Positions 63,937-64,000 of a DNA stretch of 64,000 nt are shown piece by piece (positions within the stretch are counted from its first letter, which is position 1; each line of letters starts with the position of its first letter). The position numbers were made by a program, and so were the translations under genes. The notes beneath the pieces were generated by a model. The model saw only the letters and a list, made by a program, of their open reading frames with translations, was not told where the DNA came from and did no database searches. Source of the stretch: an uncultured delta proteobacterium (lineage in GTDB: Bacteria; Desulfobacterota; RBG-13-43-22); the NCBI GenBank assembly GCA_963743305.1, contig CAVUPH010000039.1, forward strand, positions 32,001-96,000, read 5' to 3'.

Positions 63937-63951
63937 TGGCACAGCCTTTGC
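63937..63951 (+). promoter_or_regulatory. sigma-54 (-24/-12) promoter for the gene starting at 63991
   Basis: TGGCACAGCCTTTGC with 10 nt between GG and GC; GGAGG RBS and ATG downstream. Confidence 0.8.
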
Positions 63952-64000
63952 TTATTAAATAGTCAATACAAATCAAAACGGAGGGTCATCATGGCTGAAA

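Overview
64 kb of bacterial chromosome, most consistent with a Desulfobacterota (deltaproteobacterial) genome; this is inferred from gene order and protein style, not from a database search. 1-20.4 kb is housekeeping: hisD fragment, Nudix, lepB, pyrBC, a PilR-like regulator, tatC, two tRNA-Ser, bamD, trxB, trxA, purM, rpmB, rel, proS, ispG, a GAF protein with mreB, suhB, yggT and tRNA-Arg. A small islet with a Gly-rich surface protein lies between tRNA-Arg and a degenerate copy of its 3' half. About 25-55 kb looks like a phosphate-starvation region: two convergent pst operons, phoU, PhoH, lipid-remodelling enzymes, two paralogous secreted metallophosphoesterases and several Pho-box-like sites. 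The most striking feature is a five-gene operon at 56.7-62.8 kb: a small GxxxG membrane protein, an HMA2-like protein, a protein built from 11/22-residue amphipathic repeats, a P2-type ATPase with an N-terminal HMA2-like domain, and a divergent MetK. It resembles ferrosome (fez) clusters but has a Ca2+-type pump. A second HMA2-ATPase paralog with a degenerate ion-binding site (35-38 kb) and another HMA2 gene (47.8 kb) are nearby. Many genes between 22 and 55 kb carry frameshifts or internal deletions, which could be assembly error or decay. Intergenic regions hold several families of palindromic MITE/REP-like repeats. All family calls come from motifs read by eye; no searches were run.
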